Assembly (NCBI GenBank): GCA_910580185.1
Contig: CAJTWC010000001.1
Coordinates: forward strand, 99,532-163,531
Origin: an uncultured Bacilli bacterium
Lineage (GTDB): Bacteria > Bacillota_I > Bacilli_A > RF39 > UBA660
Reading direction: 5' to 3'
Length of the DNA stretch: 64,000 nt
The notes under the pieces are model-generated. The model searched no databases. It worked only from the letters and a program-made list of their open reading frames with translations, and was not told the origin of the DNA. Position 1 is the stretch's first letter; the number at the start of each line of letters is the position of its first letter. Positions 29,036 through 39,406 of this stretch are shown here, one piece after another. The position numbers and the translations under genes were made by a program.

Positions 29036-29111
29036 TGGCGCTTCAAGTAGGACTCGAACCTACGACCTGCCGGTTAACAGCCGGATGCTCTACCAACTGA
29101 GCTATTGAAGC
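29036..29111 (-). tRNA. tRNA-Asn (GTT)
   Basis: GCTTCAATAGCTCAGTTGGTAGAGCATCCGGCTGTTAACCGGCAGGTCGTAGGTTCGAGTCCTACTTGAAGCGCCA. Cloverleaf with anticodon loop CTGTTAA, discriminator G and an encoded CCA. Confidence 0.95.
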
Positions 29112-29260
29112 ATAACTCTTTTTGAGGTACAAACAAATTATATATTAATTAAATATCTTTGTCAACAACTTTTTTTAATTTTTTTCTTTACTTAATTATA
29201 TTATATATATTAATACATATTACTAAAAAATATATGGACATGTAATAGATGAAACTATTT

Positions 29261-30751
29261 TTATTTAGCTTCATCTATTTTTATGCTATAACATGCTGGT
29301 CCTTTAACTACGTTACCATCTATATCAAACCTAGAACCATGGCAAGGGCAATCCCAAGTTTTATCAACTTCATTGAAGGTTAAAAAACATTTTAGATGCG
29401 GACATATATTAGATACCGTGTGTTTATTTCCATCTTTATCAAAATAAACGCCTACTCTTTTACCATCTACTTTAGTTACACAAGCTTTATCTTTGTACCA
29501 AGAAGGATTTTTTTTAATCAAGTTAAAAGTATATGCCTTAGTATTAGAAAGCATTGTATTGGTCAAAAAGTTTTTGAATTTAATAATGTTCATACTTCTT
29601 GTAGGATCAAATACTTTTTCATATTTATTTTTTCTGTCTCTTATTAGGTCGTATAGTATTTTTCCTGCAATGGTTCCGTTAGTCATTCCCCAAGTGTTAT
29701 ATCCAGTTGCAATAAATGCGTTTTTATCTTCTTCTGATATTCTTCCTATAAGGGGCATGAAGTCGTTTGTCACAACGTCCATGTTAGTCCACTTATAATT
29801 AGGCGTTTTACCCGTTATGTCTTTTGCTTTATTTACGCATTCATCATAATTCTTTTTATAATTTAATTTGTCACATATCTTTGATGAATTATTTAAATAA
29901 ATAAAATAATTATCATTTTTATCATTATGATATCTAAAGGATATGGTTGGATAGTTACTAGTTATACCACATATATCTTTTGTTTCATCAACTTTAGTAG
30001 CGGTAATATATGACTTTTCCATATAGGTTTTAAATGGAATAAATCCTGGTATGGTAAAAAATGGGTAGCTGCATGCCACAACTATTTTTTTTGCTTTTAC
30101 TTCTTGGCCGTTTGCATATGCCACATAATAATTATCTTCTTTTTTTATTTTAGTTACCCTACTATTTTCATATGTTTTTATATTACTACTTTTTTTAATA
30201 GCTTTTAATAATCCTTTTAAATATTTAACTGGATTAAATACATATGTATTTTTAACTAAAATCATTCGTTTTATATCTTCATCCTTAATATTTGTAGAGT
30301 TAATATAATATTTAACTCCTAAAAGATTTAGTATTTCTTCTTCCTTATCAAACTTTTTTATTTCTTTATTATCTTTTGTAAAAGTAACTGCCTCGGTTTT
30401 AGTAAGATTACATTCTATATCATTATCTTTTACTATCTTTTTAACAAGTCTTATAGCATCTTTTTGAGCTTCGTAATAAAGTTTAGCAGTGTCAAAATCA
30501 AAAACATTATAAATATCTTGGTATTTTAAATCTTGTAAATAGGTTAATTTACCAGTACTTTTACAGGTCGCGCCAGTTAAAAACTTATCTGCTTCAAGCA
30601 AAATAATGCTGTGTTTTTCATCTATAAAATTATAAGCGGTGGTAATCCCGGTTATTCCTCCGCCTATTATAAGAACGTCGGTGCTCATTTTTTCACTTAA
30701 GTTTTCAAATTTAAGCTGTCCCGCATCTTTTTGCCATATACTTTTCCTCAT
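29261..30751 (-). CDS. FAD-dependent oxidoreductase with a C-terminal Rieske [2Fe-2S] domain (YhfW-like)
   Basis: N-terminal VLIIGGGITG; C-terminal CPHLKC...CPCHGSRF Rieske ligand motifs. Confidence 0.8.
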   Translation of the reverse strand: MRKSIWQKDAGQLKFENLSEKMSTDVLIIGGGITGITTAYNFIDEKHSIILLEADKFLTGATCKSTGKLTYLQDLKYQDIYNVFDFDTAKLYYEAQKDAIRLVKKIVKDNDIECNLTKTEAVTFTKDNKEIKKFDKEEEILNLLGVKYYINSTNIKDEDIKRMILVKNTYVFNPVKYLKGLLKAIKKSSNIKTYENSRVTKIKKEDNYYVAYANGQEVKAKKIVVACSYPFFTIPGFIPFKTYMEKSYITATKVDETKDICGITSNYPTISFRYHNDKNDNYFIYLNNSSKICDKLNYKKNYDECVNKAKDITGKTPNYKWTNMDVVTNDFMPLIGRISEEDKNAFIATGYNTWGMTNGTIAGKILYDLIRDRKNKYEKVFDPTRSMNIIKFKNFLTNTMLSNTKAYTFNLIKKNPSWYKDKACVTKVDGKRVGVYFDKDGNKHTVSNICPHLKCFLTFNEVDKTWDCPCHGSRFDIDGNVVKGPACYSIKIDEAK

Positions 30752-30845
30752 AAGTTATCACCAGTATTATTATGGTAGTTATTTACTTACTATATTCATG
30801 GCAAAAATAAAAAAACACCTAAGATAAACTTAAGTGTAATATTCT

Positions 30846-30922
<77 letters not shown>

Positions 30923-30936
30923 ATGTAAATTATAAA

Positions 30937-31029
30937 TGGCGGAGAAAGAGGGATTCGAACCCCCGCGCCGCTTGCGCGACCTCCCGGTTTTCAAGACCGG
31001 TCCCTTCAACCAGACTTGGGTATTTCTCC
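30937..31029 (-). tRNA. tRNA-Ser (TGA)
   Basis: GGAGAAATACCCAAGTCTGG...CCGGTCTTGAAAACCGG plus a long variable arm, ending TTTCTCCGCCA. Confidence 0.95.
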
Positions 31030-31130
31030 AACTTCATAATTATTATATGCAAAAATATAAAACATATAACAATTTGATAGCAATAAGATTATAACACACC
31101 TATTTTTTATTTGTCAATACATAAATTAGG

Positions 31131-31161
31131 TTTAAAAAACAGGCATATAATTATACCTGTT
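31131..31161 (-). terminator. Bidirectional-looking intrinsic terminator downstream of the CDF gene
   Basis: Hairpin AACAGG-12 nt-CCTGTT flanked by an A-run and a T-run. Confidence 0.55.
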
Positions 31162-31398
31162 AAAAAAGATTACTTTGCTAGCCACTTGGCTTATTAATTT
31201 CGTTTAATAAACCTTTAAACTAGCCTTCATATTGTTCACCCTCATTCATATATATTAATCTATAACTAATAATTATATTTATTTTTCTATATTTTGTACA
31301 TTATATCTTATTTTTCTATTTTCTCCACCTACCTTTCTATTTTAAGTATAAAATAAAAATATTAAATTATTATGTCAAAAGAAAAAGAAATTATTTTT

Positions 31399-32277
31399 TT
31401 AATTTCTTTCTCCAGGATTAACATGCACCATACAATGCTTTGTTGATGGTAATCTGTCTTCAATATTATCGTGGATGTTATGTGCAATACTATGCGCATT
31501 TAATACACTCATATTTTTATCTACCGAAATTTCTACATCTATATAGTAACGATTACCGAACTTTCTAGTTTTTAAATCATCTATTTTAACAACGTCCTTA
31601 CTTTCATAAATAATGTCTTCTATCTTTTTTATTGTTTCTTCATCACAAGATTTATCTATCATTTTATCTATTGCATCTTTAAATATGTCATAAGCAACTT
31701 TAATTATAAATAAACATATTATTATACTTGCTATAGAATCAAGCACCGGAAATCCTAATTTTGCACCTAGTATACCAATAAAACTTCCAACTGATGATAA
31801 AGCATCTGACCTATGGTGCCAAGCATCTGCTAGTAATGCACCTGAATTGATCTTTTTAGCGGTGTGTCTTGTATACCAATACATTGCCTCTTTTACTAAA
31901 ATAGACGTTACTGCAATAATAAGTGCTAAAGTACCAGATATTAAAATAACATATTTTCCTTTTATAATATTATTAACTCCAGTTACACCAATTCCAACAC
32001 CAGTTAACATAAGCATTACTGCTAATATAATAGAAGCTACACACTCTAACCTTTCATGACCGTATGGATGTTCTTTATCTGCCTTCTTATTTGATAATTT
32101 AACACCGATTATTACCACAATGGTACTTAATACATCTGATAACGAATGAATTGCATCAGATACCATCGCCTGTGAATGTGAAATAAAACCTGCAACAAAT
32201 TTTACTATTGTTAAAAATATGTTAGAGATTATACTAACAATTGATACTTTCATAGCATCTTTTTCATTATTGTTCAT
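31399..32277 (-). CDS. Cation diffusion facilitator (CDF) family metal efflux transporter
   Basis: Six TM segments, HSLSD and HHRSD motifs in TM2/TM5, and a C-terminal cytoplasmic domain. Confidence 0.85.
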   Translation of the reverse strand: MNNNEKDAMKVSIVSIISNIFLTIVKFVAGFISHSQAMVSDAIHSLSDVLSTIVVIIGVKLSNKKADKEHPYGHERLECVASIILAVMLMLTGVGIGVTGVNNIIKGKYVILISGTLALIIAVTSILVKEAMYWYTRHTAKKINSGALLADAWHHRSDALSSVGSFIGILGAKLGFPVLDSIASIIICLFIIKVAYDIFKDAIDKMIDKSCDEETIKKIEDIIYESKDVVKIDDLKTRKFGNRYYIDVEISVDKNMSVLNAHSIAHNIHDNIEDRLPSTKHCMVHVNPGERN

Positions 32278-32417
32278 AATAACCCTTCTTTCTTTATAGT
32301 ATATGTATATGAAAACATCTTGCGAAAAAAGTAATAACTAATCCCGCAAGATGTTTAATTCATCTGCTGCTTATTAAAAAGCCCGGCCTATTGCCTGATC
32401 TAACAATTTTATCGTGC
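32278..32417 (-). promoter_or_regulatory. Structured 5' leader with mutually exclusive hairpins upstream of the CDF gene (candidate metal-responsive attenuator)
   Basis: Promoter TTGACT-18-TAATAT (32424-32453). There is a perfect 12-bp stem AAACAUCUUGCG/CGCAAGAUGUUU (32313-32324 with 32345-32356) followed by U's. The same CAUCUUGC segment can instead pair upstream with GCAGCAGAUG. Confidence 0.4.
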
Positions 32418-32510
32418 CCTAAAATATTAACACATTAATTCATTAAAAGTCAATTTGTTTTTTGTATTTTTACATAAAAAAACTAACCCTTATGGTCAGT
32501 AATTTTTAAG

Positions 32511-32599
32511 TGGTGCCCGAGGCCGGACTTGAACCGGCACGAGGTTTAACACTCGCAGGATTTTAAGTCCTGTGCGTCTACCAATTCCGCCACTCGGGC
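32511..32599 (-). tRNA. tRNA-Leu (TAA)
   Basis: GCCCGAGTGGCGGAATTGGTAGACGCACAGGACTTAAAATCCTG plus a long variable arm, ending CCTCGGGCACCA. Confidence 0.95.
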
Positions 32600-32600
32600 G

Positions 32601-32676
32601 TGGTGTCCTGTATGCGACTTGAACGCATGACCCTCTGATTAAAAGTCAGATGCTCTACCGACTGAGCTAACAGGAC
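32601..32676 (-). tRNA. tRNA-Lys (TTT)
   Basis: GTCCTGTTAGCTCAGTCGGTAGAGCATCTGACTTTTAATCAGAGGGTCATGCGTTCAAGTCGCATACAGGACACCA. Confidence 0.95.
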
Positions 32677-32690
32677 ATACTACTAAAATT

Positions 32691-32765
32691 TGGTTGCCTC
32701 GGCAAGATTCGAACTTGCGCATGTCAGAGTCAAAGTCTGATGCCTTACCACTTGGCGACGAGGCA
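32691..32765 (-). tRNA. tRNA-Gln (TTG)
   Basis: TGCCTCGTCGCCAAGTGGTAAGGCATCAGACTTTGACTCTGACATGCGCAAGTTCGAATCTTGCCGAGGCAACCA. Confidence 0.95.
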
Positions 32766-32772
32766 ATCTAAG

Positions 32773-32856
32773 TGGTGGGGAGAGGTGGATTCGAACCACC
32801 GAACCCTAAGGAACAGATTTACAGTCTGCCGCGTTTAGCCACTTCGCTATCTCCCC
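32773..32856 (-). tRNA. tRNA-Tyr (GTA)
   Basis: GGGGAGATAGCGAAGTGGCTAAACGCGGCAGACTGTAAATCTGT plus a variable arm, ending CCTCTCCCCACCA. Confidence 0.95.
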
Positions 32857-32860
32857 ATAG

Positions 32861-32936
<76 letters not shown>

Positions 32937-32944
32937 ATAATAAA

Positions 32945-33021
32945 TGGTGGACGCTATAGGACTCGAACCTATGACCCCCTGCTTGTAAGGCAGGTGCTCT
33001 AACCAACTGAGCTAAGCATCC
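32945..33021 (-). tRNA. tRNA-Val (TAC)
   Basis: GGATGCTTAGCTCAGTTGGTTAGAGCACCTGCCTTACAAGCAGGGGGTCATAGGTTCGAGTCCTATAGCGTCCACCA. The six-tRNA operon has the promoter TTGACA-17-TATATT just upstream (~33043-33078). Confidence 0.95.
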
Positions 33022-33086
33022 ATAAATTCACACACGTGAGAACGTATATAAATATATCAATATTTTTAAATATTGTCAAGTGAGTT

Positions 33087-33446
33087 TTACAAATTTTTGT
33101 TAATCTCTTCCATTTTTTCTTTTATCCAAGTCGGTAGAGCGGTTTTAAGTAAATAAAATCCAAAAACAGTTTCCTTTAATTTTCTTGTTTTATTTTTATA
33201 CAAATCATCATTAACTTCTTTTGCGGACAATTTTAAATGTCCTTTTTCATTCGGCTCATCAATTATCATTACGTTAATAACATCGCCAATTTCAACATAA
33301 TCCGTTATATCTTTAACAAATCTATCAGTTAACTCAGATATATGAATTAACCCGCTATAATCATCATCAAGACTAGCAAACGCACCATAACTTTCAATTG
33401 CTGTTATTCTAGCTTTAACGATGTCCCCTTTCTTATATTCAGTCAT
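33087..33446 (-). CDS. S1 RNA-binding domain protein (general stress protein 13/CvfD-like)
   Basis: Start at MTEYKKGDIVKARITAIESYGAFASL behind the RBS AGAGGTG. This is a classic S1 OB-fold motif. Confidence 0.8.
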   Translation of the reverse strand: MTEYKKGDIVKARITAIESYGAFASLDDDYSGLIHISELTDRFVKDITDYVEIGDVINVMIIDEPNEKGHLKLSAKEVNDDLYKNKTRKLKETVFGFYLLKTALPTWIKEKMEEINKNL

Positions 33447-33550
33447 AAATACACCTCTATCAAGTTTATTATAGCACAACAGCACTTACAAAACAAATTG
33501 ATACTTTACAATTTTAAAGTGTGTATTGTATAATTTATGTGGTGATTTAA

Positions 33551-33787
33551 ATGAATACAGAAGAAAAAATCAAAGAGGTATTAAATAAAATAAGACCTTA
33601 TCTTAACCATGATGGTGGAGACGTTGAATTTGACAGTTTTAAAGACGGCGTGTGCTATGTTAGATTGCAAGGCGCATGTGCTGGTTGCATGTTTGCAGAT
33701 GTAACAATTAATAATACTGTGGAGGAAATTTTAACAGCGGAAGTTCCTGAGGTAATTAAGGTTAAAAACATTGAAGAAGTTAACTAA
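33551..33787 (+). CDS. NifU-like (Nfu C-terminal domain) Fe-S cluster protein
   Basis: IRPYLNHDGGDVEF...LQGACAGC motif. Confidence 0.85.
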   Translation: MNTEEKIKEVLNKIRPYLNHDGGDVEFDSFKDGVCYVRLQGACAGCMFADVTINNTVEEILTAEVPEVIKVKNIEEVN

Positions 33788-34707
33788 CTTCTTTTTATTA
33801 ACCAATCGACTGCTGGTACGTAAGTATTATATAAACTAGATATATATAAATACGTATCTCTAAGGAAGATTTCATATTCATTAGATTTTGCAGCTACTTT
33901 TTCAATTAGTTTTTCATCTAAATTATTATTCACTATATCGTCTTGCAAATCGAAAAAATATGACGGGTATAAAAGCCTACCATAAAATAATAAAGCTTCT
34001 TTATAAGTGATGTAATTATTATTAAAAAATTCTCGTACTAAATAAAGTGCATTTTCGTTATTGAAAAATGCATTTTTTATATACTCTGATGCATCTCTTA
34101 CCCTAAAATCATATATTAAATCCATGGGATTATACAATGAAAATAAAGTACTATTATTTCTAATTCTTTTATGACTTATACATAAATATGCCTTATCATC
34201 GATGTTAATAGCGTTTTTTACATAAACAATGGCATTTTCAGCAAGACCTATATAATAATTGGCATAATTACATAAACTTGGATATTTTTTTCCAATCTCA
34301 TTTATTTGCATTTCAAAGTAGTCATTTTTAGTTTCCCACAAATTAGACCAATCATACCTAGCAATCTGCTTATCACATTCAATATTAATTGAATTATTAT
34401 TTATACTGCATATATCTGATAATGTTATTTTAACGTTGGGATTAATATTTATTTCAAGTAATATATAAGGAATATTATTTATGCTTGTTAATATGTTATT
34501 TTCACTGTTAACAATAATTTTATGAACTAAAATATTCCTTCTTATCATTTCTAAATTTAGCTTATATAATGAATTTGCATCACTTAGAGGTCTGTTAAAT
34601 ACTAATAATACATAATTATTACCTTCATATGTAAAACTATACTGATTATTTATATATGATATTTCTTTTGGATGAACTTTGTAATAATATGCAAGTATAT
34701 TTTTCAT
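33784..34707 (-). CDS. Hypothetical protein (possibly a CotS/kinase-fold spore-associated protein; unverified)
   Basis: Start at MKNILAYYYK behind the RBS AGGAGG. The track ORF starts 19 codons upstream. I made no firm motif assignment. Confidence 0.55.
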   Translation of the reverse strand: MKNILAYYYKVHPKEISYINNQYSFTYEGNNYVLLVFNRPLSDANSLYKLNLEMIRRNILVHKIIVNSENNILTSINNIPYILLEININPNVKITLSDICSINNNSINIECDKQIARYDWSNLWETKNDYFEMQINEIGKKYPSLCNYANYYIGLAENAIVYVKNAINIDDKAYLCISHKRIRNNSTLFSLYNPMDLIYDFRVRDASEYIKNAFFNNENALYLVREFFNNNYITYKEALLFYGRLLYPSYFFDLQDDIVNNNLDEKLIEKVAAKSNEYEIFLRDTYLYISSLYNTYVPAVDWLIKRS

Positions 34708-34765
34708 AATAGACCTCCTGATAAATAATATGAAAATACTTATAATTATATGAAAAAAAAGCAAA

Positions 34766-36319
34766 TTACTTTGCTTCTTCTGTTGCTCTTGTTTCTCTAA
34801 TTACCGTTACTTTAACAGTACCAGGATATTGCATTTCTTTTTCTATTCTTTCTTTTATATCACGAGCGGTTTTATAACTTCCAATATCATCAACCTTTGT
34901 AGGTTCAACTATTACTCTAAGTTCTCTACCAGCTTGCATTGCATATGCCTTTTCAACTCCATCAAAATCCTTTGCTATGGTCTCTAATTGTTCTAACCTT
35001 TTAACGTAGTTTTCTAATGAATCATTTCTAGCTCCAGGTCTTGCAGCAGATAAACCATCAGCTATTGCAACTAATATTGAAATAATATTATTAGGTGCTT
35101 TATCTCCATGATGCGATTCTATTGCATTAATTACAATGCTATCTTCTCCATATTTTTTAGCAAGTTCAGCACCTATCTGTATATGACTTCCTTCTGTTTC
35201 AAAGTCAATTGCTTTTCCAATATCATGAAGTAGGCCAGCACGTTTAGCAAGTGCAACGTTTTCTCCTAATTCACCAGCCATAATACCAGCTAAATGGGCT
35301 ACTTCTTTAGAATGTTGTAATGCATTTTGACCATAACTTGTTCTAAAGTTTAATTTACCAACTATGTTTACAAGTTCTGGATCCATTTTTGTAATTTCCA
35401 AATCGAACATAGCTTCTTCACCATATTCTCTTATTTTTACATTTAATTCCTTGCAAGTTTTATCATATAATTCTTCTATCCTTGATGGATGAATTCTTCC
35501 ATCCTTGATTAAAGTCTCGATTGTTTGTTTTGCTATTTCTCTTCTTAAAGGATCAAAACTAGATAATACTATTGCCTCTGGTGTATCATCAATTATTAAA
35601 TCAACGCCTGTAACAGCTTCAATTGTTCTTATGTTTCTTCCTTCTCTACCAATTATTCTACCTTTCATATCATCATTTGGTAGTGTTACAACTGATACAG
35701 TTTGTTCATTTGTGACATCTGATGAATATTTTTGCATTGACTCAACAAGTAAGTTCTTAGCCTTTTTATCAACTTCAAGTTTTGCCTCAGCTTCCTTTTC
35801 TTTAATATAGGCAGAAATCTCAGCACTCATCTGGTTTTCTACTTTTTTCATTATTTCTTCTTTTGCTTTTGCTTTTGAAAATCCAGATATTTGTTCTAAC
35901 TTTTCTATTTGTTCTTTAATTATTCCTTCAGCTTTTTCTTCTAATTTTTGAATATCTTTTTGTTTTTGTATTATGCTAGCTTCTTTGTCATCTAACATTT
36001 TTTCACGATTTTGAAGTAATTCATCGCGCTTTTCAATTCCGTTTTCTCGTTTTAATAATCTTTCTTCATCATCTTTTATTTCTTGTTTTTTTTCTTTTAT
36101 CGCTTTATCAGTTTCAAGTTTTAACCTATAGGTTTCTTCTTTAGCTTCAAGTAAAGCATCTCTTTTAACCTTATCAGCTTCTTTTTTTGCTTTTTCAATT
36201 ATATTAGAAGCTTTATGTTCTTCACTTTTTTTCTTTAAAGATGTTATAACAAATGCGATTATTGCACCAACAAATAATCCAACTATTAGAAGTAAAACCG
36301 AAACAAGTGTGTTTCCCAT
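34766..36319 (-). CDS. rny: Ribonuclease Y
   Basis: N-terminal TM, coiled coil, KH domain ([12 protein letters not shown]) and HD domain (LLHDIGKA). Confidence 0.95.
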   Translation of the reverse strand: MGNTLVSVLLLIVGLFVGAIIAFVITSLKKKSEEHKASNIIEKAKKEADKVKRDALLEAKEETYRLKLETDKAIKEKKQEIKDDEERLLKRENGIEKRDELLQNREKMLDDKEASIIQKQKDIQKLEEKAEGIIKEQIEKLEQISGFSKAKAKEEIMKKVENQMSAEISAYIKEKEAEAKLEVDKKAKNLLVESMQKYSSDVTNEQTVSVVTLPNDDMKGRIIGREGRNIRTIEAVTGVDLIIDDTPEAIVLSSFDPLRREIAKQTIETLIKDGRIHPSRIEELYDKTCKELNVKIREYGEEAMFDLEITKMDPELVNIVGKLNFRTSYGQNALQHSKEVAHLAGIMAGELGENVALAKRAGLLHDIGKAIDFETEGSHIQIGAELAKKYGEDSIVINAIESHHGDKAPNNIISILVAIADGLSAARPGARNDSLENYVKRLEQLETIAKDFDGVEKAYAMQAGRELRVIVEPTKVDDIGSYKTARDIKERIEKEMQYPGTVKVTVIRETRATEEAK

Positions 36320-36438
36320 CTTTTACCTCCGTTTTTTGTATAAACTTTTACTTATACAATTCTATTTTATACGTTAAAAAGTTTATAGTCAAGGTATTAA
36401 GATTTTTATTTTTAATTTTTGACATGGTATTAAATCTT

Positions 36439-37452
36439 TTATCTTTTGCTTTTTACTTTAATATAAAGCTTTTCTTCATGTATAACTCTACTTCCTAACT
36501 TTACAATAGCTACGCCTATTTCTTCGTTGTTTTTATAAGTCTTTTTATCTTTTATTTTATATTCTACTACAATCAAATCTTTTTCGTCTTTCGTAATTGG
36601 GTAAAAATAATCATCTAAGGCATATATGTTTTTATTTGATAAATTCATTTTGTTTTTATCAAATACTTTTTCCATACTATAATTGTTAAAACCATATTCA
36701 TATAATTCTTTATGATTACTAAAGTCATTACCATCATTTAAAGTTACTACTATTAAGTTTAAATCATTTTTACTAGCAGAAGTAACTAGCGTTCTTCTAG
36801 CTTTTTTAGTAAATCCAGTTTTACCACCCGTTGTATATTTATATGTATAAAGTAGTTTGTTTTTGTTGGACCACGAATATGTTTTATCATTAGTTTTGAC
36901 AGTGTGTTTTTTACATCCAGTTATCATTCTAAATGTCTTATCGGAATTAGCGTAACGCATTAAAAGGGCCATATCATATGCAGTTGAATAATTTTCATTT
37001 TTTTCATCAAGTCCATGAGGATTTGCAAAAACAGTGTTTTTCATTCCTATTTTTTTTGCTTTCTTATTCATCTTTTTAACGAAGGCTTCTTCTCCTCCTA
37101 GATAATCTGCTATCATAAGCGCTGCATCATTACCACTTTGCATCATAAGACCATATACCATGTCTTTTAATTTCATTTTCTCCCCAATGCTTAAATATAT
37201 ATTAGAGCCATAAGCTTCGAGTACTTTATCAGTTACTTTAACTGTTTTATTCATTTTTCCTGATTCTATTGCAAGTACTGCTGTCATTATTTTTGTGGTT
37301 GACGCAATTAACTTTTTTTTATTCATGTTTTTAGAAACTATTACCCTTTTTGTATCTTCTTCCATAAGTACTGCCGCTTCTCCTAAACTATAAGCATTTA
37401 TCTTTATTGGAATAATTAAAAGTAAAAATAATACCAAAAATATTTTTTTCAA
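36439..37452 (-). CDS. D-alanyl-D-alanine carboxypeptidase (S11, PBP5-like)
   Basis: Signal peptide, SxxK (ASTTKIMT), SGN (QSGNDAA) and KTG (GKTGFT). Confidence 0.9.
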   Translation of the reverse strand: MKKIFLVLFLLLIIPIKINAYSLGEAAVLMEEDTKRVIVSKNMNKKKLIASTTKIMTAVLAIESGKMNKTVKVTDKVLEAYGSNIYLSIGEKMKLKDMVYGLMMQSGNDAALMIADYLGGEEAFVKKMNKKAKKIGMKNTVFANPHGLDEKNENYSTAYDMALLMRYANSDKTFRMITGCKKHTVKTNDKTYSWSNKNKLLYTYKYTTGGKTGFTKKARRTLVTSASKNDLNLIVVTLNDGNDFSNHKELYEYGFNNYSMEKVFDKNKMNLSNKNIYALDDYFYPITKDEKDLIVVEYKIKDKKTYKNNEEIGVAIVKLGSRVIHEEKLYIKVKSKR

Positions 37453-37504
37453 TTATCTCACCTAAAACATTGTATGAAAAAAAGACTTTAAATATTAAAG
37501 CCTT

Positions 37505-39364
37505 TTATTTTGATAGTAAATCACATACTAAATTACTTAACTCGGTTGGATTAGAAACAGGAAGTCCTTCTATTAATCTAGCTTCGTTATATAAAATCTT
37601 TGTATACTTCTTTAACGTTTCTTTATCATTTTCATATAAGTCTTTTATCTTATCTGCTATATCATGTGATTCATTTATTTCAAGAACTAACTTAGCATCA
37701 ATATGTTCATCAGTTGGCATAGCGTTTATTACTTTTTGCATTTCTACGGTTACTTCACCTTCACTAGTTAAACATATTGGATGGTTCTTTAACTTATTGG
37801 TATATCTTATTTGTGCCACCTCATTATCTAAGCATTCTTTCATGAAGTCAAACATTTCTTTTTCTTCTTCATTCTTTTTATTTAATTTTTCTTTTTCTTC
37901 GTCACTTGATAAATCAAAATCATTAGATGATACGTTAACGAACTTTTTATCTTCGTATTTATCCAACATTTTAAGAACAAACTCATCAACGTAATCAGTT
38001 AAATATAATACTTCTTTTTCATTATCTTTTAAACTTTCAACTTGAGGTAACATATCTATTTTATCTATTGTTTCACCACAAGCGTAATAAATGGTATCTT
38101 CACCATCATTCATCCTTGATACGTATTCTTTTAAAGTAACGTTTTTCTTTTCCTTAGATGAATAAAATATTATTAAATCTTTTAATTCATCTTTTTTAGC
38201 GCCATAATTATCATATACACCATATTTTATGTTTACTCCAAAAGTTTTAAAGAATGCTTCATAGTTTTCCCTATCATTTTCAAGCATACTTTGAAGTTCT
38301 TTTAATACTTTTTTCTCAATGTTTTTTGCAATTACTTTAAGTTGTCTGTTTTGTTGCAACATTTCTCTTGAGATATTAAGTGATAAATCAGGTGAATCTA
38401 CAACTCCTTTTACGAAGTTTAGGTAATCTGGTAATAAATCTTCGCATTTTTCCATTATTAGAACTCCATTTGAGTATAGTTCTAATCCCTTTTTATATTC
38501 TTTAGTATAAAAATCATAAGGAGGGTTTGCCGGAATAAATAAAAGTGCATCATAGCTAACAAGACCTTCTACGTTCGTATGAATCACCTTAAGAGGCTTA
38601 GTATAATCAAAGAATTTGTCTTGATAAAAACTATTATATTCTTCATCTTTTATTTTCTTTTTATTTTTCTTCCATAATGGAACCATGCTATTTATTGCAT
38701 CAGTTTCTGTTACTTTTTTTGTTTCTTCATCTACCGTATCCATCTTTATAGGATATGTTACGTAATCAGAATATTTTTTTATTAATCCTTGAATTTTAAA
38801 TTCTTCTAAGTAATCATCATAATTTTCTTCGTTTTCATTTTCCTTAATGTGTAAAGTAATTGTTGTACCTGTCATTTCTTTATCGCAAGAAGTTATTTCA
38901 TAACCATCAGCTCCAGTAGATACCCATTTATATGCTTCACTACTACCTGCTTTTTTACTTTCTACGGTAACTTTATCTGCTACCATAAAACTTGAATAAA
39001 AACCGACACCAAATTGCCCTATTATGTTAGTTTTATCTTTTTTATCTAATGCTTCTTTAAACGCAAGTGAACCACTTTTAGCAATGGTACCTAAGTTTTC
39101 TGAAAGTTCTTCTTTATCCATTCCGATACCGTTATCAGAAATAGTAAGTAGTCTTTTTTCTTTATCAACACTTAATTTTATACCTAATTTTTTCTTATCT
39201 ACTTTTAATTTTCTATTAGTTAATGCTTCGTATGCTAATTTATCTAGCGCATCATTTGCATTAGAAATAAGTTCCCTTAAAAATATTTCCTTATTTGTAT
39301 AAATTGAATTAATCATTAAATCCAATAACTTTTTTGATTCTGCCTTAAATTGTCTTTTAGACAT
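37505..39364 (-). CDS. htpG: Molecular chaperone HtpG (Hsp90)
   Basis: ELISNANDALDK and GQFGVGFYS motifs; 619 aa. Confidence 0.95.
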   Translation of the reverse strand: MSKRQFKAESKKLLDLMINSIYTNKEIFLRELISNANDALDKLAYEALTNRKLKVDKKKLGIKLSVDKEKRLLTISDNGIGMDKEELSENLGTIAKSGSLAFKEALDKKDKTNIIGQFGVGFYSSFMVADKVTVESKKAGSSEAYKWVSTGADGYEITSCDKEMTGTTITLHIKENENEENYDDYLEEFKIQGLIKKYSDYVTYPIKMDTVDEETKKVTETDAINSMVPLWKKNKKKIKDEEYNSFYQDKFFDYTKPLKVIHTNVEGLVSYDALLFIPANPPYDFYTKEYKKGLELYSNGVLIMEKCEDLLPDYLNFVKGVVDSPDLSLNISREMLQQNRQLKVIAKNIEKKVLKELQSMLENDRENYEAFFKTFGVNIKYGVYDNYGAKKDELKDLIIFYSSKEKKNVTLKEYVSRMNDGEDTIYYACGETIDKIDMLPQVESLKDNEKEVLYLTDYVDEFVLKMLDKYEDKKFVNVSSNDFDLSSDEEKEKLNKKNEEEKEMFDFMKECLDNEVAQIRYTNKLKNHPICLTSEGEVTVEMQKVINAMPTDEHIDAKLVLEINESHDIADKIKDLYENDKETLKKYTKILYNEARLIEGLPVSNPTELSNLVCDLLSK

Positions 39365-39406
39365 ACCATCATCTCCTATCTACATAAATAATTATATTCC
39401 AATTAA

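Noticed and set aside
31173-31398. Possible fourth sRNA/peptide module or small ORF in the long spacer downstream of the CDF gene (GGTGGAG-like RBS strings are present)
   Set aside because: No ATG follows the RBS-like strings at a sensible distance, and the only ATG-initiated frames are 4-9 codons long. There is no convergent promoter-terminator pair.
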